Shown here: positions 15,577-24,671 of the stretch, one piece after another | Numbering within the stretch: position 1 is the stretch's first letter | Layout: each line of letters opens with the position of its first letter | Assembly: GCA_036384015.1 (NCBI GenBank) | Contig: DASVNF010000232.1 | Location: forward strand, 1-48,495 | Reading direction: 5' to 3' | DNA: 48,495 nt | Source of the DNA: Burkholderiales bacterium | GTDB lineage: Bacteria > Pseudomonadota > Gammaproteobacteria > Burkholderiales > JACQAP01 | Notes under the pieces: generated by a model | Seen by the model: the letters and a program-made list of their open reading frames with translations, nothing else | What the model was told of the DNA's origin: nothing | Databases searched by the model: none | Position numbers and translations under genes: made by a program

Positions 15577-17148
15577 ATGGATACGGATGTCCTGGTCGTC
15601 GGCGCCGGCCCGACCGGCCTGATGCTCGCCAATCAGCTTGTGCGCCGCGGCATCCGGGTGTTGATCATCGACCGGCATTCCGGACCGGCGCAGCAGAGCC
15701 GGGCGCTTGGTGTGCAATCGCGCACGCTCGAAATTTACGCAAAACTGGGGATCGACCAGAAAGCCATCCAGCTCGGCAAGATCGGCACGGGCGCGAATGT
15801 CTGGGCACGGGGTAAACGCATGGCCCGGGTTCCCCTTGGCGATGCCGGCAAGGCAGTAACGCCCTATCCCTACATCCTGATCCTGGGACAGGACGACAAC
15901 GAGTTCATCCTGGGTGAGCGGTTGCGCGGGCAGGGCATGGAGGTGCAGTGGAATACCGAGCTGATCGCACTGGACCAGAAGCCGGATCGCGTCGAAGCCA
16001 CGATCAAGCTGCCGGATGGTTCGTCACGCAATGTGGCTGCGGCCTGGATCGGAGGATGCGACGGCGCGCGCAGCGCGGTGCGCGAGCTGAACGGCATCAC
16101 TTTCCCGGGCGCGCCCTATGAGCATGTCTTCTTCGTTGCGGATACCGAGGCGACGGGATATATGGTGCCGGACGAAGTGAACGTCTACCTGCTCAAGGAA
16201 GGTTTCCATCTGCTGTTCCCGATGCGCGGCAAGGATCACTGGCGCGTCGTGGGCATCCTTCCGCCGGAATTGCGCAACAGGCCGGACCTGAAATTCGAGG
16301 AAGTGATTCCGGCGTTGCGCACGGAAGCCGGGTCGAATCTCGACTTCAAGGCCTGCTCCTGGTTCTCCACTTATCGCATCCATCATCGGGCCGCGTCCGA
16401 ATTCCGCAAGGGCCGCTGTTTTGTGCTCGGCGACGCCGCGCATGTCCACAGCCCGGTCGGGGCGCAGGGCATGAACACCGGCCTGCAGGATGCCTACAAC
16501 CTGGCCTGGAAGCTGGCACTGGTCGTGCAGGGCGGGGCCGATCCGGGATTGCTCGACACCTACCAGGAAGAGCGCCTCCCGATAGCGCAGCGCCTGTTGA
16601 ATACCACCGACCGCGGGTTCCAGCTTGCCGTATCCGGTAGTTCTTTAGCCGGGCTCTTCCGCACGCAGGTGATGGCCAGGATCGCCGCCGTACTGATGAG
16701 CCTGAAAGCGATCCAGAAAGTGGCTTTTCGCACCGTGTCCCAGACGGGCATCCACTATCGGTGGAGTTCCCTGTCCCGATCGATCGACGCTCCGGCCGGT
16801 GAAGCGCCCCAGGCAGGGGATCGTTTTCCGTGGCTGCACATAAGGTTTTCGAAGTCCGGTCCAGTCGAGGATTCATTCCAGAAGTTCGACGACAGGGCAT
16901 TCAACCTGGTGGTGATCGGGCAGCCTGCTCCCTCGGGAGATTCCGGGCTGGAAGAGTTGCTAACCGTCCATGCGATTCCGGAAGATCCGTTCAACGACAA
17001 GGAACTCGCGCGCGCGCAGATCCCGCGGCCATCCTTCTATCTTGTCCGGCCCGACGGCTATGTCGGGCTTTGCGGGGGGCGGGTTGATGCCGCGGCAATC
17101 TCGCGTTACGCCTCGGAGCGGCTGCGCACCGTGACGAGAAAGACCTAG
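15577..17148 (+). CDS. FAD-dependent aromatic-ring monooxygenase (PheA/TfdB-like)
   Basis: 523 aa. Motifs VLVVGAGPTGLMLA (GxGxxG), GDAAHVHSPVGAQGMNTGLQDAYNL and a C-terminal thioredoxin-like domain. GGGGAGGGG lies upstream of the ATG. Confidence 0.9.
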   Translation: MDTDVLVVGAGPTGLMLANQLVRRGIRVLIIDRHSGPAQQSRALGVQSRTLEIYAKLGIDQKAIQLGKIGTGANVWARGKRMARVPLGDAGKAVTPYPYILILGQDDNEFILGERLRGQGMEVQWNTELIALDQKPDRVEATIKLPDGSSRNVAAAWIGGCDGARSAVRELNGITFPGAPYEHVFFVADTEATGYMVPDEVNVYLLKEGFHLLFPMRGKDHWRVVGILPPELRNRPDLKFEEVIPALRTEAGSNLDFKACSWFSTYRIHHRAASEFRKGRCFVLGDAAHVHSPVGAQGMNTGLQDAYNLAWKLALVVQGGADPGLLDTYQEERLPIAQRLLNTTDRGFQLAVSGSSLAGLFRTQVMARIAAVLMSLKAIQKVAFRTVSQTGIHYRWSSLSRSIDAPAGEAPQAGDRFPWLHIRFSKSGPVEDSFQKFDDRAFNLVVIGQPAPSGDSGLEELLTVHAIPEDPFNDKELARAQIPRPSFYLVRPDGYVGLCGGRVDAAAISRYASERLRTVTRKT

Positions 17149-18029
17149 ACCGCGACAGGCGGCGCCTGCCGCATGCCGACAACGTGGTTCACGACCAGCG
17201 CGCCGATGACGATCCCGCCGCCCACCAGCGCGGCATTGCTCGGCCGTTCCCCGACGAACAACCAGGTCGACACCACGCCGAAGATGATCTCGAGGATGGT
17301 GATCAGCGCAATCTCCGCGGAAGACAGATGCGGCACGGCCAGCATGTACAGCAGCAGCCCCAAACCGAGCTGGATCACGCCCATCGTCGCCAGCAGTCCG
17401 AGGTCGCCCGCGCTCACGGTAAGAGGCAGGGCGAACGGCAGCGTCATGATCATTGAGAAAATTCCGGCAAGCAGTATGGAAGGGATGAGATCCAGCGTGG
17501 CATGGTGTTTCCGGAGCAGCACGACGTTGCAGGCGAAGGCGATGGGAATGCACAGCGCGATCAGGTTGCCCGTGCCGCCGCCCCCCGACAGCGAGTCATA
17601 GAACATCACGATGACGCCACCCAAGGCCGCGATCATCGCGAACCACGTGCGCGGCGCCACCGCTTCCCGAAGGAAAATCCTGGCAGCGAGCGCGGCGACG
17701 AAAGGCGAGATGCTGCCCAGCACCAGCGTGTTGGCTACGGTGGTGCGCGACAGTGCAAGGATGAAGGAAATGAACATCAGGGCGAACATCGCCCCCGACA
17801 TCACGCCCGGCCATCCCATTGCGCGGATGCGCTGGAACAGCCGGCCTCCATGCTGGAACGACAGCACGATCAGCAGGAAGACCGCCATGAACAACGAGCG
17901 CCAGAACGTGATCTTCCAGCCGTCGTGCACCTCCATGTTCCGCACCAGCACGCCGGCACTGGCCCAGCACACGCAGGCCCCGACGAGCAGGACTACGCCT
18001 TTTCTATGCTGCGCTATGGGCGAAGCCAT
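17145..18029 (-). CDS. DMT superfamily (EamA) transporter
   Basis: ORF 17145..18146 trimmed to MASPIAQHRKGVVLLVGACVCWASAGV... (ATG 18029). About 10 TM helices. The 39-aa ORF-track extension is a translation of repeat copy C. Confidence 0.85.
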   Translation of the reverse strand: MASPIAQHRKGVVLLVGACVCWASAGVLVRNMEVHDGWKITFWRSLFMAVFLLIVLSFQHGGRLFQRIRAMGWPGVMSGAMFALMFISFILALSRTTVANTLVLGSISPFVAALAARIFLREAVAPRTWFAMIAALGGVIVMFYDSLSGGGGTGNLIALCIPIAFACNVVLLRKHHATLDLIPSILLAGIFSMIMTLPFALPLTVSAGDLGLLATMGVIQLGLGLLLYMLAVPHLSSAEIALITILEIIFGVVSTWLFVGERPSNAALVGGGIVIGALVVNHVVGMRQAPPVAV

Positions 18030-18035
18030 GACTTC

Positions 18036-18218
18036 TTCACCGCAGAGGTGCGGAGGCGCAGAGAAGGACGCGCTGAGAAATACAACATGGGGATCTGAAA
18101 TTCGAAAAGTGGTGGGCCAATGGAGGTCTGCCGGGTGACCATGCATGCAATCCTTTCACCTGACACACATATTTTCTTTCTCTGCGTTTCCTCTGCGCCT
18201 CCGCGCCTCTGCGGTGAG
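18036..18218. repeat. Hairpin repeat copy C (units GCAGAGG/GCGGAGG)
   Basis: The left arm is TTCACCGCAGAGGTGCGGAGGCGCAGAGAAGGACGC.... The reverse complement of the right arm is CTCACCGCAGAGGCGCGGAGGCGCAGAGGAAACGCAGAGAAAG. About 26 of the first 27 nt are identical. The core is about 90 bp and unique. Confidence 0.8.
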
Positions 18219-18268
18219 ATCTAGGCGATTGCCTTGGGTGCGGCAACGCCGAGCTTCTCAATCCAGGG

Positions 18269-19282
18269 TTACAGCGACGGCAGGATGCTCGGGTAAAGCT
18301 CGATGCCTTCCTTCAATTGCTTCTCGCGGCGCCTCAATCCCGATTCGCCCGGAAGGCGGACGCGGTCGAAGCCGGGCCGCGGCGGCGTGGTGCGGCAGGC
18401 GTTCGCGATGTGTTCGGTCTGGCGGGTGAAATCTTCGATGCCGCCGAACAGCGCCGGGTCGAACACCTGCACGCAGACGTTTGCCGCCCAGCCTTCGATC
18501 GGATCCGCGCGGCCGTGGCCCGACAAACCCTGGGTCAGCGCTTCAACCAATAGTCCGAGCGCGTAGCCCTTGTGGCCGTGATCGAGGCCGCCGATCGGCA
18601 GCAAACCGCCCTTGGGCTCATTGAATACCACCGCGGGATCGTCGGAAGGAATGCCGTGGCCATCCAGCACCCACTGGCCAGGGAGCTTGCGGCCTTCCTT
18701 GTTCAACCGGCCGGTCAGCCCATGCGTGGTGATGGACATGGAGACATCGATCATCACCGGATCGCCCCTGGTGGGCCATCCCGCGGCAATCGGGTTCGGC
18801 GTGTGGGTGCCCGTTCCCTTGCCGCCGTGCGGAACCACGCCGCCCACTTCCGGCCCGGACGAAATCACCATCACCATCATGCCTTGATCGGTGACGCGTT
18901 TGAGGTACGCGGCGAGGCAGGCGATGTGATGGCTGCGGCGGATGGCGACCGTGCAGGTGCCGTATTTCTTGGCACGCTCGAGCGCCATGTCGATCGCCTT
19001 CGCGGTCAGCCACGTTCCGGGCAGACGCATGCCGTCCCATGTCACCGCCGCCGGAAAGTCCGCGATGACCTTCGGCGCCCCGGTTTTGGTCATGCCGCCT
19101 CTCTCCAGATCGTTCAGATAGGGCGCAAGCAATTGCAGGCCGTGGGTGGAATGTCCAAGCAGATCGCCCTCGACCAGGATCTCGGCAACGATTTTCGATT
19201 TGTCGGATTCGAGTCCTGCCTTGTCGAGCAGGCCGGTGGCGAAGCGCACGAGCTCTTCGGCTTGGTAGCGTTGTGTTGTCAT
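18269..19282 (-). CDS. Ldh_2 family (malate/L-lactate/ureidoglycolate-type) dehydrogenase
   Basis: 337 aa. The blocks GHSTHGLQLLAPYL, IRRSHHIACLAAY and GLDHGHKGYALG are typical of the Ldh_2 family. Confidence 0.85.
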   Translation of the reverse strand: MTTQRYQAEELVRFATGLLDKAGLESDKSKIVAEILVEGDLLGHSTHGLQLLAPYLNDLERGGMTKTGAPKVIADFPAAVTWDGMRLPGTWLTAKAIDMALERAKKYGTCTVAIRRSHHIACLAAYLKRVTDQGMMVMVISSGPEVGGVVPHGGKGTGTHTPNPIAAGWPTRGDPVMIDVSMSITTHGLTGRLNKEGRKLPGQWVLDGHGIPSDDPAVVFNEPKGGLLPIGGLDHGHKGYALGLLVEALTQGLSGHGRADPIEGWAANVCVQVFDPALFGGIEDFTRQTEHIANACRTTPPRPGFDRVRLPGESGLRRREKQLKEGIELYPSILPSL

Positions 19283-19294
19283 TATCTAGATCTT

Positions 19295-19406
19295 TTCACC
19301 GCAGAGGCTGGATCGGACCACCGAGTATGCGGCAGCCGATTATCTCCTGCCCATTTCCAGGCTTTTCTCTGCGTAACCTCTGCGCCCTCGCGCCTCTGCG
19401 GTTAGG
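19295..19406. repeat. Hairpin repeat copy D (left arm truncated to 14 nt)
   Basis: Left arm is TTCACCGCAGAGGC only. Right arm is full: CTTTTCTCTGCGTAACCTCTGCGCCCTCGCGCCTCTGCGGTTAGG. Confidence 0.65.
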
Positions 19407-19412
19407 GATTGA

Positions 19413-20537
19413 TCACATCATTATTATCTGGCGGACGGTGTGGCCGGAGGCGAGGCGGTCGAAGCCGACGTTGATGTCCTCCAGCTTGATGTGGTCGCTC
19501 ATGAGCTTGTTGACCGGCAGCATGCCGCGGCGGTAGAGGTCGATGTAGCGCGGAATGTCGCGAGTCGGCACGCAAGAGCCGACATAGCTGCCCTTGATGG
19601 TGCGTTCCTCGGCAACCATGTTGACGTGTTGCAGCGGCCAGCGATGGTCCGGATGCGGCAGGCCCGCCGAAACAGTGGTGCCGCCGCGGCGGGTGATGCG
19701 GTAGGCCAGTTCCATGGCCTGGATCGATCCGGCCATTTCCAGCGCGAAGTGCACGCCGCCGCCCGTCATCTCCTTGACTTTCTGGATGGCGTCCGGATCT
19801 TTTGCGTTGATGGTATCGGTTGCGCCGAGCGCTTTGGCGAGCTTCAGCTTGTCGTCGTGCAGATCGATGGCGACGATCTGCTGCGCTCCCGCCACGATGG
19901 AACCGAGCAGCGAGTTCAAACCCACGCCGCCGAGGCCGAGGACCGCGACCTTGGAGCCGGGGAACACTTGCGCCGTATTGAACACCGCGCCGACGCCGGT
20001 GAGCACCGCGCAACCGAACAGCGCCGCTTCGTCGAACGGCAGGTCCTTGTCGATCTTGACGACCGATCCGCGATTCACCACGCAGTACTCGGCGAAGGCC
20101 GAAACGCCGACGTGGTGATAGACGTCCTTGCCATGCTGGTGCAGGCGCATGCCGGCATTGAGGAGCTTGCCGGAACCGTTGGCCTGCTGGCCCGGCTCGC
20201 AGCGGCCAGGATGGCCTTCGATGCAGGAAATGCACTGGCCGCAGCTCGGCGCGAACACCAGCGCCACATGGTCGCCGACCTTCAGGTCGTTGACGCCAGG
20301 GCCGACTTCCTGGACGACGCCAGAGGCTTCGTGGCCAAGGATCATCGGCATGGGCCGGGGGCGGTCGCCGTTGACTGACGACAGGTCCGAGTGACAGAGG
20401 CTGGCCGCCTTGACCTGGATCAGCACCTCGCGCTCGCCGGGTTTGTCGAGGTCGACTTCCTCGATGACGAGCGGCTTGCTGTCGGCGTACGGTTGCGGCA
20501 AACCCATCTGCCGGATCACTGCGGCTTTCATCTTCAT
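19413..20537 (-). CDS. Zinc-dependent alcohol dehydrogenase family protein
   Basis: The 737-aa ORF 19413..21626 is trimmed to MKMKAAVIRQ... (ATG 20537, 374 aa). Motifs are CHSDLS, GHEASGVV, the structural-Zn Cys cluster CGQCISCIEGHPGRC, and GLGGVG. Confidence 0.9.
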   Translation of the reverse strand: MKMKAAVIRQMGLPQPYADSKPLVIEEVDLDKPGEREVLIQVKAASLCHSDLSSVNGDRPRPMPMILGHEASGVVQEVGPGVNDLKVGDHVALVFAPSCGQCISCIEGHPGRCEPGQQANGSGKLLNAGMRLHQHGKDVYHHVGVSAFAEYCVVNRGSVVKIDKDLPFDEAALFGCAVLTGVGAVFNTAQVFPGSKVAVLGLGGVGLNSLLGSIVAGAQQIVAIDLHDDKLKLAKALGATDTINAKDPDAIQKVKEMTGGGVHFALEMAGSIQAMELAYRITRRGGTTVSAGLPHPDHRWPLQHVNMVAEERTIKGSYVGSCVPTRDIPRYIDLYRRGMLPVNKLMSDHIKLEDINVGFDRLASGHTVRQIIMM

Positions 20538-20566
20538 TGGAGTGCCTTTATAGTTTTTACCAATCA

Positions 20567-21316
20567 CTAGTAAGTCGCGCGTCCGCCGGAAAGGTCGAAC
20601 GTCGCGCCGGTGGTGAAGGAGCAATCCTCGGTGCACGCCCAGGCGACGGTCGCCGCGATTTCCTCGACCAGGCCGAAGCGGCCCATCGGGATCTTGGACA
20701 GCATGTAGTCGATGTGGCTTTGCGCGACCTGGTCGAAGATCGGCGTTTTGACGGCGGCGGGGGTCACGCAATTGACGGTAATGTTGTTCTTCGCGAGTTC
20801 CTTGCCCAGCGATTTGGTGAGGCCGATTACGGCGGCCTTGGAGGAACTGTAGGCGGATGCGTTCGGGTTGCCTTCCTTGCCAGCCACGGAGGCGATGTTG
20901 ACGATGCGCCCGTAGTTGTTCTTGATCATGTGCGCGGCCACGGTGCGGCAGGTGTAGAAGGTGCCGTTCAGGTTGATGTCGTGGACGCGGATCCATTCGT
21001 CGACCGGATAATCCACGACCACCGCGTTCTTGCCGGCGACGCCGGCAGAATTCACCAGCGCATCGACCTTGCCGAATGCCACCAGGGTCGACTTGAAGGC
21101 CGCTTCGACCTGGTCGATCTTGCTTACGTCGACTTTCGCGGTATGCGTCCTGGGCGCGCCCAGGGACTTCGCGGCATCGGCCATGGTCTGTTCGTTGAAA
21201 TCCCAGATGGCGACGTTGGCGCCCGACTGTGCAAGCCGCCTGGCGATGGCCAGGCCGATGCCCGAGGCCCCGCCGGTGACGATGGCGCTGCGGCCCTTCA
21301 TGTCGAGTTGGTTCAT
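20567..21316 (-). CDS. SDR family oxidoreductase (paralog of 10892-11644)
   Basis: 249 aa, MNQLDMKGRSAIVTGGASGIG..., NSAG, YSSSK. Same C-terminus (SGGRATY) as the other SDR. AGGAGGAG lies upstream of the ATG. Confidence 0.9.
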   Translation of the reverse strand: MNQLDMKGRSAIVTGGASGIGLAIARRLAQSGANVAIWDFNEQTMADAAKSLGAPRTHTAKVDVSKIDQVEAAFKSTLVAFGKVDALVNSAGVAGKNAVVVDYPVDEWIRVHDINLNGTFYTCRTVAAHMIKNNYGRIVNIASVAGKEGNPNASAYSSSKAAVIGLTKSLGKELAKNNITVNCVTPAAVKTPIFDQVAQSHIDYMLSKIPMGRFGLVEEIAATVAWACTEDCSFTTGATFDLSGGRATY

Positions 21317-21408
21317 TGCACTCCTCCTTATTATTCTGGTCGGTAAGCCGGACGGCCGGACAGCCTGACTCGGAAGGGCGCCATTTTAGCAGCCCGAAGG
21401 CCTGACCC

Positions 21409-21603
21409 TTAACCGCAAAGGCGTGAAGGCGCAAAGAAGACCACGCAAAGGAGAGCAACATCGGAGGACGGATTCGATGCCACTTATTGCCGCTGAGGGA
21501 CAAAGTTCGAGATAGGCTCCGCGAACTGTTCACGGTCGATGTCCGAAATTTCGCTTTCCGTTTTCCTTTGCGCTTCCTTTGCGCCTTCGCGCCTTTGTGA
21601 GAG
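21409..21603. repeat. Hairpin repeat copy E (units GCAAAGG/GTGAAGG)
   Basis: The left arm is TTAACCGCAAAGGCGTGAAGGCGCAAAGAAGACCACGCAAAGGAGAGC. The reverse complement of the right arm is CTCTCACAAAGGCGCGAAGGCGCAAAGGAAGCGCAAAGGAAAAC. The right arm ends at the stop codon of the downstream flavoprotein gene. Confidence 0.8.
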
Positions 21604-22770
21604 TTAGACGACCTGGCCCGCGGCAAAGCCGGAGGCCCAGGCCCACTGGAAGTTGTAGCCGCCGAGGTGGCCGGTGACGTCGACGACTTCGCCGATGAAG
21701 TACAGCCCCGGCTGGTTGCGGGCCTCCATGGATTTCGAGGAAAGCTCGCGGGTGTCGACGCCGCCTAGAGTCACCTCGGCCTTCTTGTAGCCGACCGTGC
21801 CGCTTGGCCGGATGCGCCAGTCGTGCAGGCGGGTTGCGATCTCGCGCAGGCGGGGCATGTTGAATCGCTTGACGGGCTGGTTCTGGAAATTGGATTCGAC
21901 CCAGCGTTGCGCGAAGCGCTGCGGCAGGAATTCACCCAGCACGTTGGCGAGGAGTTTTTCCGAATCCTGCGCGGCTTCGAGCAATGCCGAGGCATCTTGA
22001 TCGGGCAGCAGGTTGATCGAAATGTCCTGGCCGTGGCGCCAGTACGAGGAGATCTGCAGGATGGCCGGGCCGGACAGGCCGCGATGGGTGACCAGCAGGT
22101 TTTCGCGAAAGCTCGCGCCGTTGCAACTGACCACGGCGTCGAACGAGAGGCCGGAGAGGTCCTCGAACTGCTTCAATTCGGCGGGGGCGAACGTGAGTCC
22201 GACCAGCGCGGGATGCAGTTCGGTAACATTGAGGCTGAACTGTTCCGCAATGCGATAGCCGAACGGGCTGGCGCCGATCTGCGGAATCGACAGTCCGCCG
22301 CTGGCGATGACCAGGGACTGGCAATCGAATGCGCCACGATCCGTGGCGACTTTGAACCGCACGCTTTTTTCGACAGAATTCACCTTCGCCGGCATGCACC
22401 ATTGCACGCCCGCGGCGTCGCACTCGGCCTTCAGCATGTCGATGATCTGCTGCGCGGAGCCGTCGCAGAACAACTGGCCGAGTTTTTTCTCGTGCCAGGC
22501 GATCCCATGCTTTTCCACAAGTGCGATGAAATCGCGGGGCGTGTAGCGCGCCAGCGCGGAACGGCAGAAATCGGGATTCGCGGACAGGAAGTTCTCAGGC
22601 CGTGCGCCGGTATTGGTGAAGTTGCAGCGTCCGCCGCCGGAGATGCGGATTTTCTCACCCAGTTTTCCGGCGTGATCGATCAACAGCACACGGCGTCCGC
22701 GTTTTCCCGCTTCGATCGCGCACATCATGCCGGCTGCCCCGGCGCCGATGATGATGACTTCGGCGCTCAC
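21604..22770 (-). CDS. BaiN/RdsA (HI0933/YhiN-like) FAD flavoprotein
   Basis: ORF 21604..22923 trimmed to the GTG at 22770 (VSAEVIIIGAGAAGMMCAIEAGKRG...). GGGRCNFTN motif and C-terminal GEVVDVTGHLGGYNFQWAW. Confidence 0.85.
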   Translation of the reverse strand: MSAEVIIIGAGAAGMMCAIEAGKRGRRVLLIDHAGKLGEKIRISGGGRCNFTNTGARPENFLSANPDFCRSALARYTPRDFIALVEKHGIAWHEKKLGQLFCDGSAQQIIDMLKAECDAAGVQWCMPAKVNSVEKSVRFKVATDRGAFDCQSLVIASGGLSIPQIGASPFGYRIAEQFSLNVTELHPALVGLTFAPAELKQFEDLSGLSFDAVVSCNGASFRENLLVTHRGLSGPAILQISSYWRHGQDISINLLPDQDASALLEAAQDSEKLLANVLGEFLPQRFAQRWVESNFQNQPVKRFNMPRLREIATRLHDWRIRPSGTVGYKKAEVTLGGVDTRELSSKSMEARNQPGLYFIGEVVDVTGHLGGYNFQWAWASGFAAGQVV

Positions 22771-22786
22771 CGCGCCGGCCCGCTCT

Positions 22787-23353
22787 TCACCGGAAAAAAT
22801 ACAGGACGGCCAGGAGGATGAGGATTCCGCCCAGGGCCCACAACCACCCCGGCACCGTCGCGCGATGCGCAACCGGGGCGGCTTCCGGCAATGCCGCGGC
22901 CGGCACCGCCCCCGCTGGCGCAACCGTGCTGTTGAAGCGCGCGAAGAAGTCGTCGGACATCTTTTTCGCCACGCCGTCGATCAGGCGCGATCCGATCTGC
23001 GCCAGCTTGCCGCCGACGCTTGCTTTGGCCTTGTAGGTCAGCAGCGTATCGCTGCCGTCCGGCCGCAGGGCGACTTGCGCCGTTCCCTTGCCGAATCCAG
23101 CCGCGCCCCCCGAGCCTTCGAACGCGAGCGAATAGGAGTTCGGCGGATCCAGGTCCGACAACAGCAGCTTGCCGCTGAATTTCGCCTTCACCGGGCCGAC
23201 CGCTGCGATCATCGCCACCTTGTATTCATTGTCGGAAACCCGCTCGATGCTTTCGCAGCCCGGGATGCAGGCCTTGAGGATCTCCGGATCGTTAAGCGCC
23301 TCCCAGACACGTTGTTGCGCAAGAGGGATCCGTTGCTCGCCGCTCATTTCCAT
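22787..23353 (-). CDS. coxG: CoxG-like SRPBCC protein with C-terminal TM anchor
   Basis: 188 aa. MEMSGEQRIPLAQQRVWEALNDPEILKACIPGCES... is CoxG-like. The C-terminal WLWALGGILILLAVLYFF is a hydrophobic anchor. Confidence 0.8.
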   Translation of the reverse strand: MEMSGEQRIPLAQQRVWEALNDPEILKACIPGCESIERVSDNEYKVAMIAAVGPVKAKFSGKLLLSDLDPPNSYSLAFEGSGGAAGFGKGTAQVALRPDGSDTLLTYKAKASVGGKLAQIGSRLIDGVAKKMSDDFFARFNSTVAPAGAVPAAALPEAAPVAHRATVPGWLWALGGILILLAVLYFFR

Positions 23354-23491
23354 GGTGGGTCTTCTTTCCTGGATATTCTGATGGGTTCATGCGCCGCGTT
23401 GGGACGGCATTGGGATTATGCGCCCGCTTGGCGGCGTTCAAGCGCGAAATGCGGGGCATGACTGTCACCGCAGTCGGCGATGACAACGACT

Positions 23492-24658
23492 TCATATTTG
23501 CTTGATCGCAGTCGCGCCGGCGGGCCTGGCCAGGGCCCGGGTCAGATCGAGCAGGCTTCCCACGTTGTGGACCGGCAGGAATTCATCGACATGCGGCAGC
23601 ATGGCCTTCACACCGGTGGCGCGTGGTTCGAAGCCCTCGAAACGCAGGAGCGGATTGAGCCAGATCAGCCGGTGGCAGGATTTGTGCAGGCGTTCCATCT
23701 GCTCCGGCAGGTCTTCGCCTGCATCGCGGTCGAGTCCGTCGCTGATCAGCATGACCACCGCGTTCTGTCCGAGTACCCGGCGCGACCAGCGCAGGTTGAA
23801 CTCCTTCAGCGTCGCACCGATGCGCGTGCCGCCTGACCAGTCGGCCGCAGCTTGCGACACCGCGCCGAGCGCCACGTCGACGTCGCGATGCCGGAGATGC
23901 CGCGTTACATTGGTGAGCCGGGTGCCGAAGACGAAGCTGTGCACGCGGTCGCGGTCGTTGGTGATGGCGTGCAGGAAATGCAGGAACATGCGCGAATAGC
24001 GGCTCATGGAGCCTGAGATGTCGCAAAGCACGACCAGTGGCGGAGGGCGGCGGCGATGCGAGCGGCGGCGCAGCGGGATGATGTCGGCGTTCCCGCGCAA
24101 TCCGGCACGCAGGCTCGCGCGCAGGTCCACCTGTCTGCCATGCGGGTCGGGATGCAGGCGCCGCGTGCGGATCTGCGGGATCGGCAGGCGCAGTCCGGCG
24201 ATCAGGCGCTTGGCCTGTTCCAGCTCTTCGGCGGTCATGGTCTCGAAATCCTGTCGCTGCAGGCGCTCGATTTCGGAGGCGCTCAGCGCGGCGTCGGGCT
24301 CCACGTCCTGCTTTTCCGCCCGCATCGCCACTTTCCTGGTAAGGCCGAGGGCTTCGGCAATGCGGTTCGGGGTCTGGTCCTGCGGGTTCTTCGCCGGCGT
24401 GGCCTGCCCGGATTGCAGCAAAGCGCGGTCGAGCAGATGGCGTTCGCGCCAGAACAGGCGGAAGGCCTGGTCGAACAGTTCGAACTGCTCGTGCCGGGAA
24501 AGGAACACCGACGCCAGCGTCCAGTAGAAGTCCTCCCGCTTCTCGATGCCGGCAAGCTCCAGCGCTCGCAGGCCATCCAGCACCCGATCAGGCCCGACCG
24601 GCACGCCCGCTTTGCGCAGCGCGCGGGCGAAGTGGACAACGTTCTCAGCGAGGTTCAT
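23492..24658 (-). CDS. coxE: VWA domain protein, CoxE family
   Basis: 388 aa. It has a CoxE-like N-terminus (FARALRKAGVPVG). The C-terminal VWA domain has a MIDAS-like LCDISGSM and WLNPL. Confidence 0.85.
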   Translation of the reverse strand: MNLAENVVHFARALRKAGVPVGPDRVLDGLRALELAGIEKREDFYWTLASVFLSRHEQFELFDQAFRLFWRERHLLDRALLQSGQATPAKNPQDQTPNRIAEALGLTRKVAMRAEKQDVEPDAALSASEIERLQRQDFETMTAEELEQAKRLIAGLRLPIPQIRTRRLHPDPHGRQVDLRASLRAGLRGNADIIPLRRRSHRRRPPPLVVLCDISGSMSRYSRMFLHFLHAITNDRDRVHSFVFGTRLTNVTRHLRHRDVDVALGAVSQAAADWSGGTRIGATLKEFNLRWSRRVLGQNAVVMLISDGLDRDAGEDLPEQMERLHKSCHRLIWLNPLLRFEGFEPRATGVKAMLPHVDEFLPVHNVGSLLDLTRALARPAGATAIKQI

Positions 24659-24671
24659 TCAGATCAAAGTC

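Noticed and set aside
17145-18146. ORF-track N-terminal extensions that translate repeat arms (for example ...SASFSAPPHLCGEEV before EamA and SPQRRRGRREK after coxD at 29470..29721)
   Set aside because: These peptides are translations of the hairpin repeats, and the same motifs recur in different frames and strands at every copy. They are an annotation hazard rather than coding sequence, so starts were moved to the first ATG past the repeat.
19413-21626. A 737-aa ORF that looks like one giant gene
   Set aside because: Only the C-terminal 374 aa (from MKMKAAVIRQ, ATG 20537) is alcohol-dehydrogenase sequence. The N-terminal part is an Arg/Gly/Pro-rich out-of-frame read across the SDR gene (20567-21316, a different frame) and repeat copy E. 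It is a stop-codon-poor high-GC artefact.
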